Positions 45,356 to 58,532 of a stretch of DNA of 64,000 nucleotides are shown one piece after another; the first letter of the stretch is position 1; each line of letters opens with the position of its first letter. A program made the position numbers and the translations under genes. Source of the DNA: Octopus sinensis (lineage: Eukaryota); NCBI RefSeq assembly GCF_006345805.1, contig NC_043020.1, positions 29,636,001-29,700,000 of the forward strand, given 5' to 3'. Below the pieces are notes generated by a model. That model was not told the DNA's origin and ran no database searches. It saw only the letters and a program-made list of their open reading frames with translations.

Positions 45356-46044
45356 TGCTGGTACAGTACCCGTTCTCTCATGCTGTCGATGTTCTCAGTG
45401 TTCCACTTGATCAAGGGTGGAGGTTCTAAATCTGCTTGCATCCACCCAAACACTTAAAGCAATTAAGGAATGAACGGTAATTGCTATCGAGTCATTTTCA
45501 CTTGTGAATGATGGCTGTGGGTTTCCTGTTTTTAAATGTATATATGATGATGATGATGATGATGAATGACAATAGGGATTAAGGAAATCCAAGCAAATAC
45601 CTCAGCAAGCACTCTTTGTACTTAAACCCGGCTAACAGAATTGTCCAGTCATGATTAGAGTAATCCATTTTGGATGTTACTTTCTCTTCAGGTGACAGGT
45701 ACAAACTGTAAATCCGAAGTTCATGACCAAATCACCAATTAGTAATCCTGGTGTGTTAATCACAGAGTATGTTAATAAACAAAGAATGAAGATATCTGTC
45801 TGTCTATTCAATCATCCTTTAATGTCTTCTTTCCATCCTGGCATGGGTTGGACGGTTTGACAGGAGCTGGCTAGGCAGAAGACTGCAGCAGGCTCCAGTG
45901 TCTGTTTTGACAGGATTTTTACAGCTAGATGCCCTTCCTAACACCAACAACCCCACAGAGTGGACTGATCTATCTATCTCCCTATCTATCTGTCACCCTA
46001 TCTGTCTGTCCTCCCTATTTATCTATCTATATATACATATATAT

Positions 46045-46555
46045 GGACACTAAACTCTGCTCGTGAAGACCTGTTGAGGCAAGTGAAATCGAAATCAAAT
46101 TCGATGACTGGCATCCGTGTTAGTGGAGCACTAAGAGCACCATCCAAGTGTGATCGCAGCCAGAGCAGCTGACTGGCTTCCATGCCAGTGGTACGTAAAA
46201 AGCACCATTCGAGCATGATCATTACCAGCGTCGCCTTACTGGCACTTGTGCTGGTGACATGTGAAAAAGCATTTGAGCGAGGTCGTTGCCAGTGGCTCCT
46301 GTGCAGGTGGCACGTAAAAATCACCATTTGAGTGTGACCGTTGCCAGTACCACCTGACTGGCCCTTGTGCCGGTGGCACATAAAATCCCCCACTACACTC
46401 ACGAAGGGGTTGGCGTTAGGAAGGGCATCCAGCTGTAGAAACTCTGACAGATCAGATTGGAGCCTGGTGCAGCCATCTGGTTCGCTAGCCCTCAGTCAAA
46501 CCGTCCAACCCATGCTAGCAAGAAAAGCTGACGTTAAACAACGATGATGATGATG
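46045..46555 (+). mobile_element. Family C / RTE 3' end with internal tandem subrepeats
   Basis: gaagacctgttgaggcaagtg...(ggcacgtaaaaagcaccatt)n...ggaagggcatccagctgtag...(GAT)n; an opposite-strand copy lies at 45815-45970. Confidence 0.85.
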
Positions 46556-49500
46556 ATATATATATATATCTCATTTATGTCCTCTTTTCGCAGTGACATG
46601 GGTTCCATGCCTTGCTAATCCATGACAACATGCAAAAGAAATATAAAGCAATGTTGTGTACATATGTGCACACAAAAGGGCAGCTTTTGCACAGTTTCTG
46701 TCTTCCAGATTCCATTCACCAGACATTGGACAGCAGAAGGTTACAGACAGTGGAAACACTTGCCCAAGGTGCTGTGCAGCAGAACCAAACCCAGAACTTT
46801 ATGAGCTTCTTCACCTCCCAGTTACAGCCCCACCTATTGATTAGATTAGAGTGTTGTAAAAGTAATTCTGTGGAACCCTTTTGCGATATTAACTAACCTT
46901 ATTTATTCTACACCGAAATAAGCAGCCCCTCCCTTCTACCACCCATGTTTTTTGCCTGACAAGATTTATTTGGTTTTCTCATAAAGGAACCATTTATCAT
47001 CTTTAGTACCCTTAACCAAAGTTTCAGACTTTTGCTTATCACCATTTTGCAGGGAGAGTAGGGCTAAGAGGATCGGTGGGGAATGAGCAGAGTTCATGCA
47101 GCATTCCTCTTTGGTTTCATGTTTGCTAAATGTTTTCAAGTCTGCAACTTTGGGGTTGGGGAGTGTTTTTATATGTATATATGTGTATATGCATATATAT
47201 ATATATATATATACATACATAGACATCTTTGATAGTAGGAATATGTTCTTTAAAGAGAATCGGCATAAGAAGAAGAAGAAGCACAAAGTAGCAGGGTTGT
47301 CTTTGAGATTTTCTGATGGCCTAACTGCAACTCCACCCATCTCAGTAGGGAAGAAAATGGTGAAGGATATGGTGGGGGTGGGGGGGGGCAGTTGAATTAC
47401 CTTGTATGGTAGGTTGTGTTACTGAAGAAATATTATACCTTTAATGTGTTTAATGCATTTCAGGAAGAGAGAGAGGAAGAAAAAAGAGAAATGGAATCGG
47501 TCTTTTTTTAGCATATTTCTGTATATGGTTAAAAGATATGTGCATCGTTAGATTAGGGGCGACATATATAGGGGGGTAAACATTAAATTAGTATTGTGCA
47601 TGAAAAGACCAAAATATCCTTCTGTTTATTAATGGCATTTCATTACCTTCTACTGGTTTCAATCATTGGACTGCAGCCATTCGAGGCCAATGTCTTGGAG
47701 CGCTTTTATCAATCAAATCAACCCCATTTTTTTTTTTTGTTTTTTTTTTTTCGTTTTTTGTTTGTTTGTTTTTTGAAGGGGGAACCTGGCATTAATTTTA
47801 TCAGTCTCTTTTGCTGAACTGCTAAGTTATGGGGACATAAACAAACCAACACCAGTTGTCAAGTGGGATATAGTTTAATGCCTTGCCAAGGACAAATAAA
47901 TATTCACCTTAGCCCTTTAGCATTTAAACCAGCCATATCAGTTTATGTTCATACTGATTGGACCCAGCCTCTCACACCTAGCATAATGGGCACAAGGGAC
48001 AAAAACAAACCATTTCTCTTCAGTATAAAGTATAGAGCTTGTGGTATTAGTTTTATCAATTAAGAGCAATCACAGAAAGTCTTGGTTCCAGCCAAACTTC
48101 CTTCCACAGATTCAGATATGATATCATTTATTTATTTTTGTTTTTTCTACTTTAAGATTATTTCTAAATCATAAATTTATTGAGAAGGTGGAAGAGAAAA
48201 CTTTCAAGGATTACAGCTCTTTCCTTCTCCCTTGGCTGCAGGTGAGAAGTGCTCAGTTTCACCTGGGATCTGAAATCAGGTTACAGTCTTGTTTCTTAAG
48301 GAATTAACATTTAAAATCTGTTTTTCATTTCCTTTCCATGGTGGAACCTTAGATGGTTCCAGTTCTATTTATTTATTTATTTTATTATTTAGCTGAGAAG
48401 AAGCAGTTGCTATTCTCCTCATCAATACTTCTCCCTTTCTGGAGAAAGGAATGGTGTGAATGGTACCTTCCCCAATCCCCGTGGTCCTCCACATGGCATG
48501 ACTTGCCAATTTGGACAGGAAAAAGGAGAGAAAGAGAGAGAATTATCACTCCTTTCACTTAACTAGTACCTAACTTAAACTTCTTCAAGCCCTTCGCTTC
48601 CTTTGGAGCAAGACCCATCGGTGACTTTTCTCCACCATTCTCTTGACTCAGCACTGTCCCTTTTCTGCTCCTCCTCAGTTAAACCCCTATGTTTCCTTTC
48701 AGATTTTGCCACACCATATCCTGTTTTACTGAGAAAAGCCTTCCTCTTTCCAGACCCTTTGGCTTTGAATTGCTATCAATGATTCCATAACTTTGCATTT
48801 TTCAAAGTAGGGATGTTGGCCCTACACAAACCCATTTTTACTTCTGAGAAGAGATAATCCATACTAATCTAGGCCTGTATCCTTTCATCTGTCTTGCATG
48901 GTAGGCCATACCAAGAGCTTGTGTTCCACTGCCGTAATTCCCAGGATCACTGAAACATGTAGGCCACCACGCTGCAACAAAGACTGAACCTTTTGGGAAC
49001 TTAATTCAATGGGAAAATAGTAAACTTGACCCAGCAAGATTTGAACTCAGTACAGAGAGGCTGGACAAATATAAAATATAAATTCCAGAATTTTTGAAAC
49101 TTTTTTCAGAAAAGTCCTTTATTAATTTCAGAAAAGTACAAAACTCTTGTCTCTCCTTCAAAGTAGGATCTTCCACTTCAATCTACATGTAGTACTTCAG
49201 CTACTTCATGAAGGCCCCATGGACGTCTGCCAAAGTAAAGGTGTCCAGGCCATTTGTCACAGCATCCCTTCATCTTCTGGTTTGCCAGACCTCAGTCAAA
49301 TCATCCAACCCATGCTAGCATGGAAAGCAGACGGTAAATGATGATGATGATGAATTTAAAAAAGAAAAAATATTTTACCTGATAACTAGTTCCATCTCCT
49401 GATTTCTAGATTATAGCAAGAACTCTTTTGCCTCTCCAAGGCATTTTCATGAGTTTGTCCCAAGCATCCTTCCTTGTTTTCAGACTTTTGGCCAGCACAT

Positions 49501-50289
49501 GTTTCCATGAATCCTGCGCAATATAAAGCTTTCCTTTCAAAAATCTCAAGTAACCCTGGTGGTTAAAAAAAAAAATTAGGAATATATATCACATACGATG
49601 CCTGAATCCCAGCAAAATATGTCCCGTGTATCACATGTAAAACACTGAACAGGCAACGGGTTAATCATCAAAACCCTTCATGAAAAAAAAGGGGTCACTT
49701 ATTGCTATGTAAAACACGTGTCAGAATTTTGAATTCCGATCTGATTGTTCTCTGGTATTTTACTTTACATATTTAAAGATAAAGAGAAAATGCCTTTTGT
49801 GTTTATCATGCTAATTATCACGGAATTATCTTCGGTTGATCTCCAAAAATATTTTACATCAGCTCATCTCTAATGGGTTAACACTTAATCAAGGAATAAT
49901 TTCAATTTTTCTTGGAAAATTTGTTTTATGTATTTAATTATTTGTTGGTTGTTTTTTTTTAATGAATTTAATAACTTACTGAATATTTTTCATTCTCGTT
50001 TACTTTAAACTAATGAGTTAAAAGGAAAAGTAATTTAATTAAAACAGATTCTATGAAAATTCATGGTTTTCACTTTATGCATGCTCACCCAGACACAGTA
50101 AATTCTTGAGAAATAGGATCAAATAGACCCATTTAGATGTTGAACAGATAAGAAAATAATCTTTTCTTTATATGTGTGTGTGCGTGTGTATTATATATAT
50201 ATATATATATATAGATAGATAGATAGATACAAATATAGATACATACATACATAGATATGCATAAACACACACATATATATCTATATATA

Positions 50290-50670
50290 GTCTCTTTTAC
50301 TAGTTTCAGTCATTTGACTGTGGCCATGCTGGGGCACATCTTGAAAAGTTTTAGCGAAACAAATCCACCCTAGTACTTATTTAGTAAACCTGGTGCATAT
50401 TCTATCAGTTTCTTTTGCTGAACTACTAGGTCATGGGGACATAAACACACCAACATTGGTTGGTTGTCAAGCAGTGAAGGATAGACACATACACAAACAT
50501 ATCTATATGACGGGCTTCTTTCAGTTTCCATCTACCAAATCCACTTGCAAGGCTTTGGTTATCTTGAGGCTATAGTAGAAGACACTTGCCCAAGGTGCCA
50601 TGCAGAGGGACTGAACCTGGAACCATGTGGTCGGTAAGCAAACTTCTAACCACACAGCCACACCTGCATC
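50290..50670 (-). mobile_element. SINE family A, full length
   Basis: Complete reverse complement of A. Confidence 0.85.
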
Positions 50671-51250
50671 TATATATATATATATATATATATATATAAT
50701 GACAGACACGCACACGGACAGACACAGACAGACAGACACACACACGGACAGATACACACATTTAGTATGCATGTTGGACTACTGCTAAAATATGCACACA
50801 CACACACACACGTAAAGGTTATAACCTAAATTAATTATAATTATACATTTCAGTGACATATGTATAATACGAGAAATTTATGGCAAAGAAACTTCCTAGA
50901 AGGCCCAAAATTGGCGATTTATCACCAGAGTAGTATGCATCGATTAATATTGAGACCCCCTTATAGCCTTAGGGCCTCCAGGCAACTTCACACTATGGCC
51001 ATACCTTTGACATCCAACGTTATGTATTCAAGTGTTAAGAAAAGGGATAAGAGGATAAAATGTATTAGAATATTTATTGCCAATATTCTTGTACAAGTGG
51101 AGGAGGGGAGGGTCGCATTATATTTGAGATGGCATTGTACTCGAGAAAGGTTCCAATAAGTTCGTGTATAAATACTTACCCTAGATATATTTTACAGTGT
51201 GTTTGTGTGCGTGTGTATATGCAAACAGATAGACACACACACACACACTA

Positions 51251-51326
51251 GTTATAAGCACTTTTGACAAGTTGTGGTGCACCTGAGCACTGTATACAAT
51301 AATTTCATTATTATTATTATTATTAT
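51251..51326 (+). mobile_element. Extremely 5'-truncated CR1 3' tail
   Basis: gcacttttgacaagttgtggtgcacctgagcactgtatacaat...(ATT)n matches 42053-42130. Confidence 0.75.
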
Positions 51327-51353
51327 ATACATACATGCATTTATATATGTATA

Positions 51354-51384
<31 letters not shown>

Positions 51385-51948
51385 CCTAAACACACTTTTT
51401 TTGTAGGTCATAAAGTTTTCATTCAGATCAACTACAAAAGTGACTATTTTCAACACGAGTAATCGTTATATTTTTGACTACACACACCCTCATACACACA
51501 CACATACACACACACACCCTCATATACACACACACACACACACACACAAAAAAAAACACATACACACACTAGTAGCAAATTAGAGGCTGACTTTTTGAGA
51601 AACATGCTAAGTAGCTGTATACGAACTATGAAGTTGTTCATTACATCTATATACCGCGAGGTTTTTAATTAAGGCACGTGTTCCTTAGTTTAAGGTCAGC
51701 TAACGAGACAATAATTAAGTCATCCTGCGCCTGGACCCGTTAATGAGATCCGTGCAGGTGATAAGAGAAGACTTGATTAACGCCTGGGTTTTAAGATTAA
51801 GCAAGGTGTAGGGGAGGGGAGACAACTCTTTGATCTGAACGTAATTGTTAGTCTCTCTTCATTATGTCACACACGCACACAACCACCCACCCGTCCACGC
51901 AGGCAGGCGCACACGCATTTACAGACGATTTATATATATATATATGTA

Positions 51949-52020
<72 letters not shown>

Positions 52021-52591
52021 CATACATAGATATAATATACACACACTCATCTTCCTATGTATCTATATCGATAGACTACAGGGTGTATGTGTGTGTGAAA
52101 ACGACAAGGATGGTATATAAATAAATATAAAGATAGCATTTTTCCGATGTCCGGATAACTGAAGAGATGGCGGCATGGATTTCCACTTCAGCATCCAAAA
52201 CTCGGAGTTTTATCATGGCTACCGAATAATTGTAACATATTACTTTTACAGATATAATTAAATATATATATATACATACACACACACACACACCCCTCAC
52301 ACATATACATGTATCAGAAGATGATGCAGTCCTCGAACCCGCTGGATCCAGTCGGACTTTCCAACCCTTGCTAGCATGAAGGATGGTGATTTTATATATG
52401 TATGCATTCACATGAATGTGTGTGTGTCTGGTTAATGAGGGACAGAAGATGGAAGATACAAGAGTTTTTACAAATCACTGCAATTAACCAGATACATAAC
52501 GAACACTGTGAAAGCGACCATGCTATACCAGTGAGCTACCAGGGATAAACCATTCGTTTTATTATCTAATATATACATATATATTAGATAA

Positions 52592-52820
52592 GGCGGCGAG
52601 GTGGCAGAAACGTTAGCGCCCCGGGCGAAATGCTTAGCGGTATTTTGTCTGCCGTTACGTTCTGAGTTCAAATTCCGCCGAGGTCAACTTTGCCTTTCAT
52701 CCTTTTGGGGTCGATTAAATAAGTACCAGTTACACACTGGGGTCGATGTAATCGACTTAATCCCTTTGTCTGTCCTTGTTTGCCCACTCTATGTTTAGCC
52801 CCTTGTGGGTAATAAAGAAA
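52592..52820 (+). mobile_element. SINE family B (B1 tail), near consensus
   Basis: ggcggcgaggtggcagaaacgttagcg...gagttcaaattccgccgaggtc...ccccttgtgggtaataaagaaat. Confidence 0.9.
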
Positions 52821-52914
52821 TATATATATTTAAAGGATAAAGACCTCCTCCAGTTACAAATGACCATGGGATTGCATCTAGAAAGTCACCCTCCAAGGTA
52901 CAAGCACCCTTCAA

Positions 52915-53185
52915 ACGGAGGCAGTGACAAGAGACCAAGACCTTTGGCAATATGCTGTGCTTGAGAAGACCTTTCCAGCATAGTCATGGCCGATGACAGT
53001 GTTTCATAAGTGGCACGTAAAAACCACCCACTGCCCTTCTTGGGGTGGTTGGCATTAGGAAGGGCATCCAGCTGTAGAAACTTTGCCAAATCAGATTGGA
53101 ATCTGGTGCAGATCCCCAACTTACCAGTTTTCAGGCAAACCATCCAACCCATGCCAGCATGGAAAGCAGACATTAAATGATGATG
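52915..53185 (+). mobile_element. RTE 3' fragment (family C)
   Basis: TEAVTRDQDLWQYAVLEKT, then the family C UTR and GAT tail. Confidence 0.8.
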
Positions 53186-53229
53186 GTGGTGCCATTGATT
53201 CTCTTAACATTTAAAATACAGCAGGTGAA

Positions 53230-53368
53230 TCAATACTCTTGGGAAAATCTCCAGGGATACAGACATCCAGCAACAGGACCTCCATAATGCCATGATGGAC
53301 CGTGAAGTCTGGCGTAGCATGGTAAATTCCATTGTCTCAACCACGGTCGAACAATGATGATGATGATG
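53230..53368 (+). mobile_element. RTE-like 3' end, second family
   Basis: ISRDTDIQQQDLHNAMMDREVWRSMVNSIVSTTVEQ* then (GAT)n; same family as 63777-64000. Confidence 0.7.
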
Positions 53369-54617
53369 GGAAAATGCACACCAGTGGGATTCCCCAGAGA
53401 GAGTGACATTCTTGGGAGGAAGGACTGGGTGTGTAGATTCTTTATTGGTCAGTTATCCACAAACACCCTGTGTGTGTGTGGATAGCTGAGACCAAGCCAT
53501 AAATTCCAATACAACTGTTTGTGGCAATATTGACGGAACCAATGTAGAAAATAGAATTATTAAAGAGGAAAGGAAATGTTCTGTAATAAAGTTTTATACT
53601 CACTGGGTTTATATATTGGCTCAGTCATTAGAGTGGTGGAGAGAATGCCTCATGGTATTTGTTCTGAGTGTCGGTAATCCGAGTTCAAATCTTGTCAAAG
53701 TCAACTTTGCCTTTTTGTCTTGTTTTGGGGGGCTGACACACAAGCAAACACATACACACATTTGCATGTGCATTCGCACACACAGCATCAGTGTTTAACA
53801 TCTGCTTTTCTATGCCTGCATGGGTCAGACAGAATTTGTTGAGGCAGGTTTTCTACAGCCAAATGCCTTTCCTGTTGTTAACCTTTACCTGCTTCCAAGC
53901 AAAAGAAAAATATTTCCGCATGGTCACGCATGATTTTTTTATAGAAAACTAGAAATGAACAACATCTCTTGTATCACAGTGACGCTTGTCTCCAATCTTC
54001 AGATGATGTCAAGGCAAGGACACACACACACACACACAATGGGCTTCTTTCATTTTCCATCTACAAAAGCCACTCACAAAGCTTCAGCCAGTCCACGGCT
54101 GTAGCAGAATGCAGTTGCCAACACGATGAGACTGAATTGGAGACCCCATGGTTGGGAAGCAATAATTAAGGCGTGTAACTTACTACCTGTAATTTGCTAC
54201 CTTCAGCCAACACCCATCACAGATATATCAATTCTAGCCATCAGATAGAATGACATGTTACCAACGTTGAGATAAAGATCTCGGGTTCTAATCAGTCATT
54301 TGCTGGCATTTTTATATGATATCTTTCACGATATCTCCTGCTATCAAGTTGCTCTCATGTACACAAGACATTTGTCAAGGTTTCAAATTACAGCATTAAA
54401 ACAAGATTGAACCAACTAACTTTATATTTTTTAGCTGACATCATATCAATGACACGGTCTTCAACACACACACCCACCCACCCATCAGAAGCTGTAAAAG
54501 GAGGAGTGACAAAGACTGATTAGATTGTGCCAAAACTCTTTTATCAAATTCTCTGCCTTACTCTTTTGCCATAAATCTTGAGAACCCCAATTTCCTGTTA
54601 GGTTCTTAGAATTAAGA

Positions 54618-55036
54618 CCTTCAGCATTCGAGTTGCTCAGTTAAAGGCAATTCTTGTTTATTAACGTTGTTTTGAATTAATCATACATGATCTCATAGCT
54701 TCAAGATTTTAATAATGTGAGTGGCAAGTTTTTGAAGGACATTGCAGGGTAGGTGTGAGAGGCTGGATCTGGTCTATTTCAACATGAAGCATGTAGAATT
54801 TTGGGGCTAGATACAGTCGGTTGAAGCCTTTAGCATTGAGATTACTCTGTCAAATGTAATGCTTATTTATTCACACAGTTTTAAATTAATCATGCATTTT
54901 CTCATATCTTCAAAATTTCAGTGATGTGATTGTTTATTTTTCGAATGACATTGTAGAGTAGGTGTGAGAGGCCCAATCTGGCTAGTTTGAACACACAACA
55001 AGTAGAATATTTGGGCCAGGTATGGCTGATGAAGGG
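54618..55036 (+). mobile_element. Head-to-tail dimer of a piggyBac-type MITE
   Basis: Two copies (54618-54826, 54827-55036) each with ttgaattaatcat...gtaggtgtgagaggc...gtagaat; final aagggTTAA. Confidence 0.7.
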
Positions 55037-56006
55037 TTAAATTATATGTCAGTATATTAAGGCATTGGGTTACGGCTCAAATTGATTTCCAGCTGATGTC
55101 AAATAAAGCAAGCTTTCTTTACCTCAGCAGTTCAGAATGTATTTGTCAAGTGGGATTATCCCTTAAGCCAGTCTTATCTACAGTTCATGGTTTCTGTTAT
55201 GTTTTGTTTCAGCCATAAAACGGCAACCATGCGCTGGAGGACCGCCTTGAAGAGTTTTAGTAGAATCTTCTGCTTTTTAAAGTTTGGTACTTATTCTACT
55301 GGTCTCTTTTGGTGGATCAAATCACTAAGTTACAAGGACATAAACAAACCAACACCAGTTTTCAAGTGGTGGAAGGTGGACAAGCACAAAGGCATACGCA
55401 TAAAAATGTATGTATTTGTGTATATGTATGTGTCAACTATATATATACATACATACAGGCACACACACACACGCACATATACATACGTGCATAGACACAC
55501 ACACACATACATACATACATACGTGCATAGACACACACACACACAGATATATGTAGATTCAAAGACTAAACATATTCAGAAGATAAACCCACAAGTACAA
55601 AGCACCGAGATATTTAATATATATTGACAAAAATAAAATAAATATTTGACAAAAATAAATTTAGTGTTCCATAGAGTATAAGAAACGTTGTATCTGCATC
55701 CCTATCTCCGTATCAACTCATCTGGATTTCTCTTACAGCCACGCTTAACCCCCGAGGGCCCTAGTCCTTGATAAAGATTTTCGAGTTGAACTTCGTGTTT
55801 GCACTGCTACAGGTTTTCTCTATTGAGCATCTCTCGATTTCACCCGTTCACTTTGTGTGTGTAGTAGTAGTAGTAGTAGTAGTAGTAGATTAACCATATC
55901 ACGATGGCATCAGAGAGGTTGTCTTACAATATTCCTTCTGATTTTCTGCCCACTGAGTTCAAATCTCTCCAAGGCCAACCTCTGGGATAGTTCTCTTTTG
56001 GGTCAG

Positions 56007-56050
<44 letters not shown>

Positions 56051-56262
56051 TTTTCTTTCTTTCTTTCTTTCTTTAAGAAATTGCCTTATAGTCAGAGCTG
56101 GAGGCGAATAGAGTTCACCAGTTCCAAAACCTGCCCCAGTCCTGACGCCTCCCCCCCCCTCACGTCTACATCAAAGGCTGAAGTCCGAAGTCAAGACAGT
56201 GTGGGAGCAAACATATATACATACACATGTATAAATGCATACACACACACAAAATACACACA

Positions 56263-56392
<130 letters not shown>

Positions 56393-56495
56393 AAGGTTAG
56401 CAAGCCAAAAGTTCAAAGAAACACATATTCTAAATGTAATCCTTCAGTTTAATGTTTATATTGTTTTCTTGTCAAGTTAAATATAAGAACAATTA

Positions 56496-56532
<37 letters not shown>

Positions 56533-56984
56533 GTTCGTATTGCTTGTTGATAGATACTGCAATACGTATATAAATATACACGCACGCGTATGTGTGCACA
56601 TATATATACACATATGTGCATGTTAAACATATATATAGTGACTTACACGTGTATCTGTCCACATAGAGACACACACACCAGCATAAAACAGAATCTGACT
56701 ATTTTTTCTTTTTCCCCGATATAAAAACTTTATAATAAGGTAATAACTAGTGGGAGGTAACTCCCCCTTCCTTGGCGCTTCTTAATTAAGGTTGTCTTTC
56801 ATTACGATTCCGGCTACGGAAGCAAACGTTCCCCTTCGCCCTTCATATAAATAGTTTTTCCCCTCGAGATTTTGTTACCTTCAGAGTATTTCTTTGTTGT
56901 TATCAATCGAAATCGGATTCTGAATGTATTGTAAGCAGTAATCGTTTACTAACACTAACCAAGGACATTGGTTTCGTTGTTCAG

Positions 56985-57165
56985 GACAGTTCCGATCGAG
57001 CAGACCTCTAATCGAACGCAATTCAAAGCATGGCCTTCTATTTATATCTATTTTTCCCTGTTTTTAAATATCTAGAACTTGTCTTATTCGAGATGTACTT
57101 TCTATTTCGATTAAGGTTGTGTGTCAGTAATGCGAGAGAGATTTGGCTGCTATTTCTAGCAGATA
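56985..57165 (+). mobile_element. Family E repeat
   Basis: ccgatcgagcagacct...gagatttggctgctatttctagc. Confidence 0.65.
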
Positions 57166-57245
57166 GTAGCTGTTATGTTTTAGATTAGTACAAAGGGTAC
57201 AACGCCGGAAGCCAGGATCGATTTTGCTTCTCACCGTTCCAAGGG

Positions 57246-57371
57246 CAATTGCGTAGCTAGAGTGAGTTATACCCGGAGCAGCCCTTGTGTTCGTCACCCC
57301 CAGTCCGGACCCTGACAAGTGCTTTGCCAGGGGCGTCCACACCTTTCCCGCCATCCCCAACTGCGCTACTG
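57246..57371. mobile_element. Possible degenerate GC-rich MITE
   Basis: caattgcgtagctag versus the reverse complement cagtagcgcagttgg (10/15 identity). Confidence 0.3.
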
Positions 57372-57429
57372 TCCGAGGATCTTAATTTTCTGTTGTAATT
57401 AAGTCGTGAATGTTTTAGAGGAATACTAG

Positions 57430-57605
57430 ATAGATGGATTTAAATAGAGAGATAGTCAGACAGACAGACAGATAGGTAGACAGATAGGTAGACAGACAGA
57501 TAGGTAGACAGACAGATAGGTAGACAGACAGATAGTCAGACAGACAGATAGATAGGCAGACAGATAGGTAGATAGATAGGCAGATAGGTAGGTAGACAAA
57601 CAGAC
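57430..57605. repeat. (AGAT)/(AGAC) compound microsatellite
   Basis: Direct reading. Confidence 0.95.
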
Positions 57606-58061
57606 AGATTATGTATATAACTGCAAGTGTATGTGATGATGTATGCTTGTTTTCCATACTTGCATGAGTCAGGCGGCATATATTGATTTTCTTGTGCTGA
57701 ACGGGGCCTTCCTGTCGCCAAACCCTTACCTGTTTCCCAGCAAGGTAATCTTTCTCCATGGCCAAACATGTTTTTTGCAGAATATTAGTGACGGACATTT
57801 ATTTTCGACAATCACTAAAAATATTGTATATGCACAGAGATTGTTTGTCAGAATTTCCTGTCTCTGGTTGGTTGTGTATAAAATCTTTGCAGAAATAAAA
57901 ACAGTTAAAAACTAATTTGTATTTTGATCTGGCATATAACAACTGGCTACACTCCAGTATTATTGATAGCAATCAAGGGAAAAGGTCGGGAGACATGTTG
58001 AATAAAAAGAAATATATTTATATTATACTGTAGTTTGGACACATTATAAAGTGTTCTGGCT

Positions 58062-58532
58062 TAACCACGGGTTACCTTGGGTTAAGCAGACCTATAACCA
58101 TGGGTTACCTTGGATTAAGCAGACCTATAACCACGGATTACCTTGGGTTAAGCAAACCTATAACCATGGGTTACCTTGAATTAAGCAAACCTATAACCAC
58201 AGGTTACTTGGATTAAGCAGACCTATGACCACAGGTCACCTTGGATTAAGCAGACCTATGACCACAGGTCACCTTGGATTAAGCAGACCTATAACCACAG
58301 GTCACCTTGGATTAAGCAGACCTATAACCACAGGTCACCTTGGATTAAGCAGACCTATAACCACTGGTTACCATGGATTAAGCAGACCTATAACCATGGG
58401 TTACCTTGGATTAAGCAGACCTATGACCACAGGTTACCTTGGATTAAGCAGACCTATAACCACAGGTTACCTTGGATTAAGCAGACCTATGACCACAGGT
58501 TACCTTGAATTAAGCAGACCTATAACCACAGG
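58062..58532. repeat. 33-bp minisatellite, 14 units plus a partial unit
   Basis: Unit TAACCACAGGTTACCTTGGATTAAGCAGACCTA; one unit has a 1-bp deletion. Confidence 0.95.
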
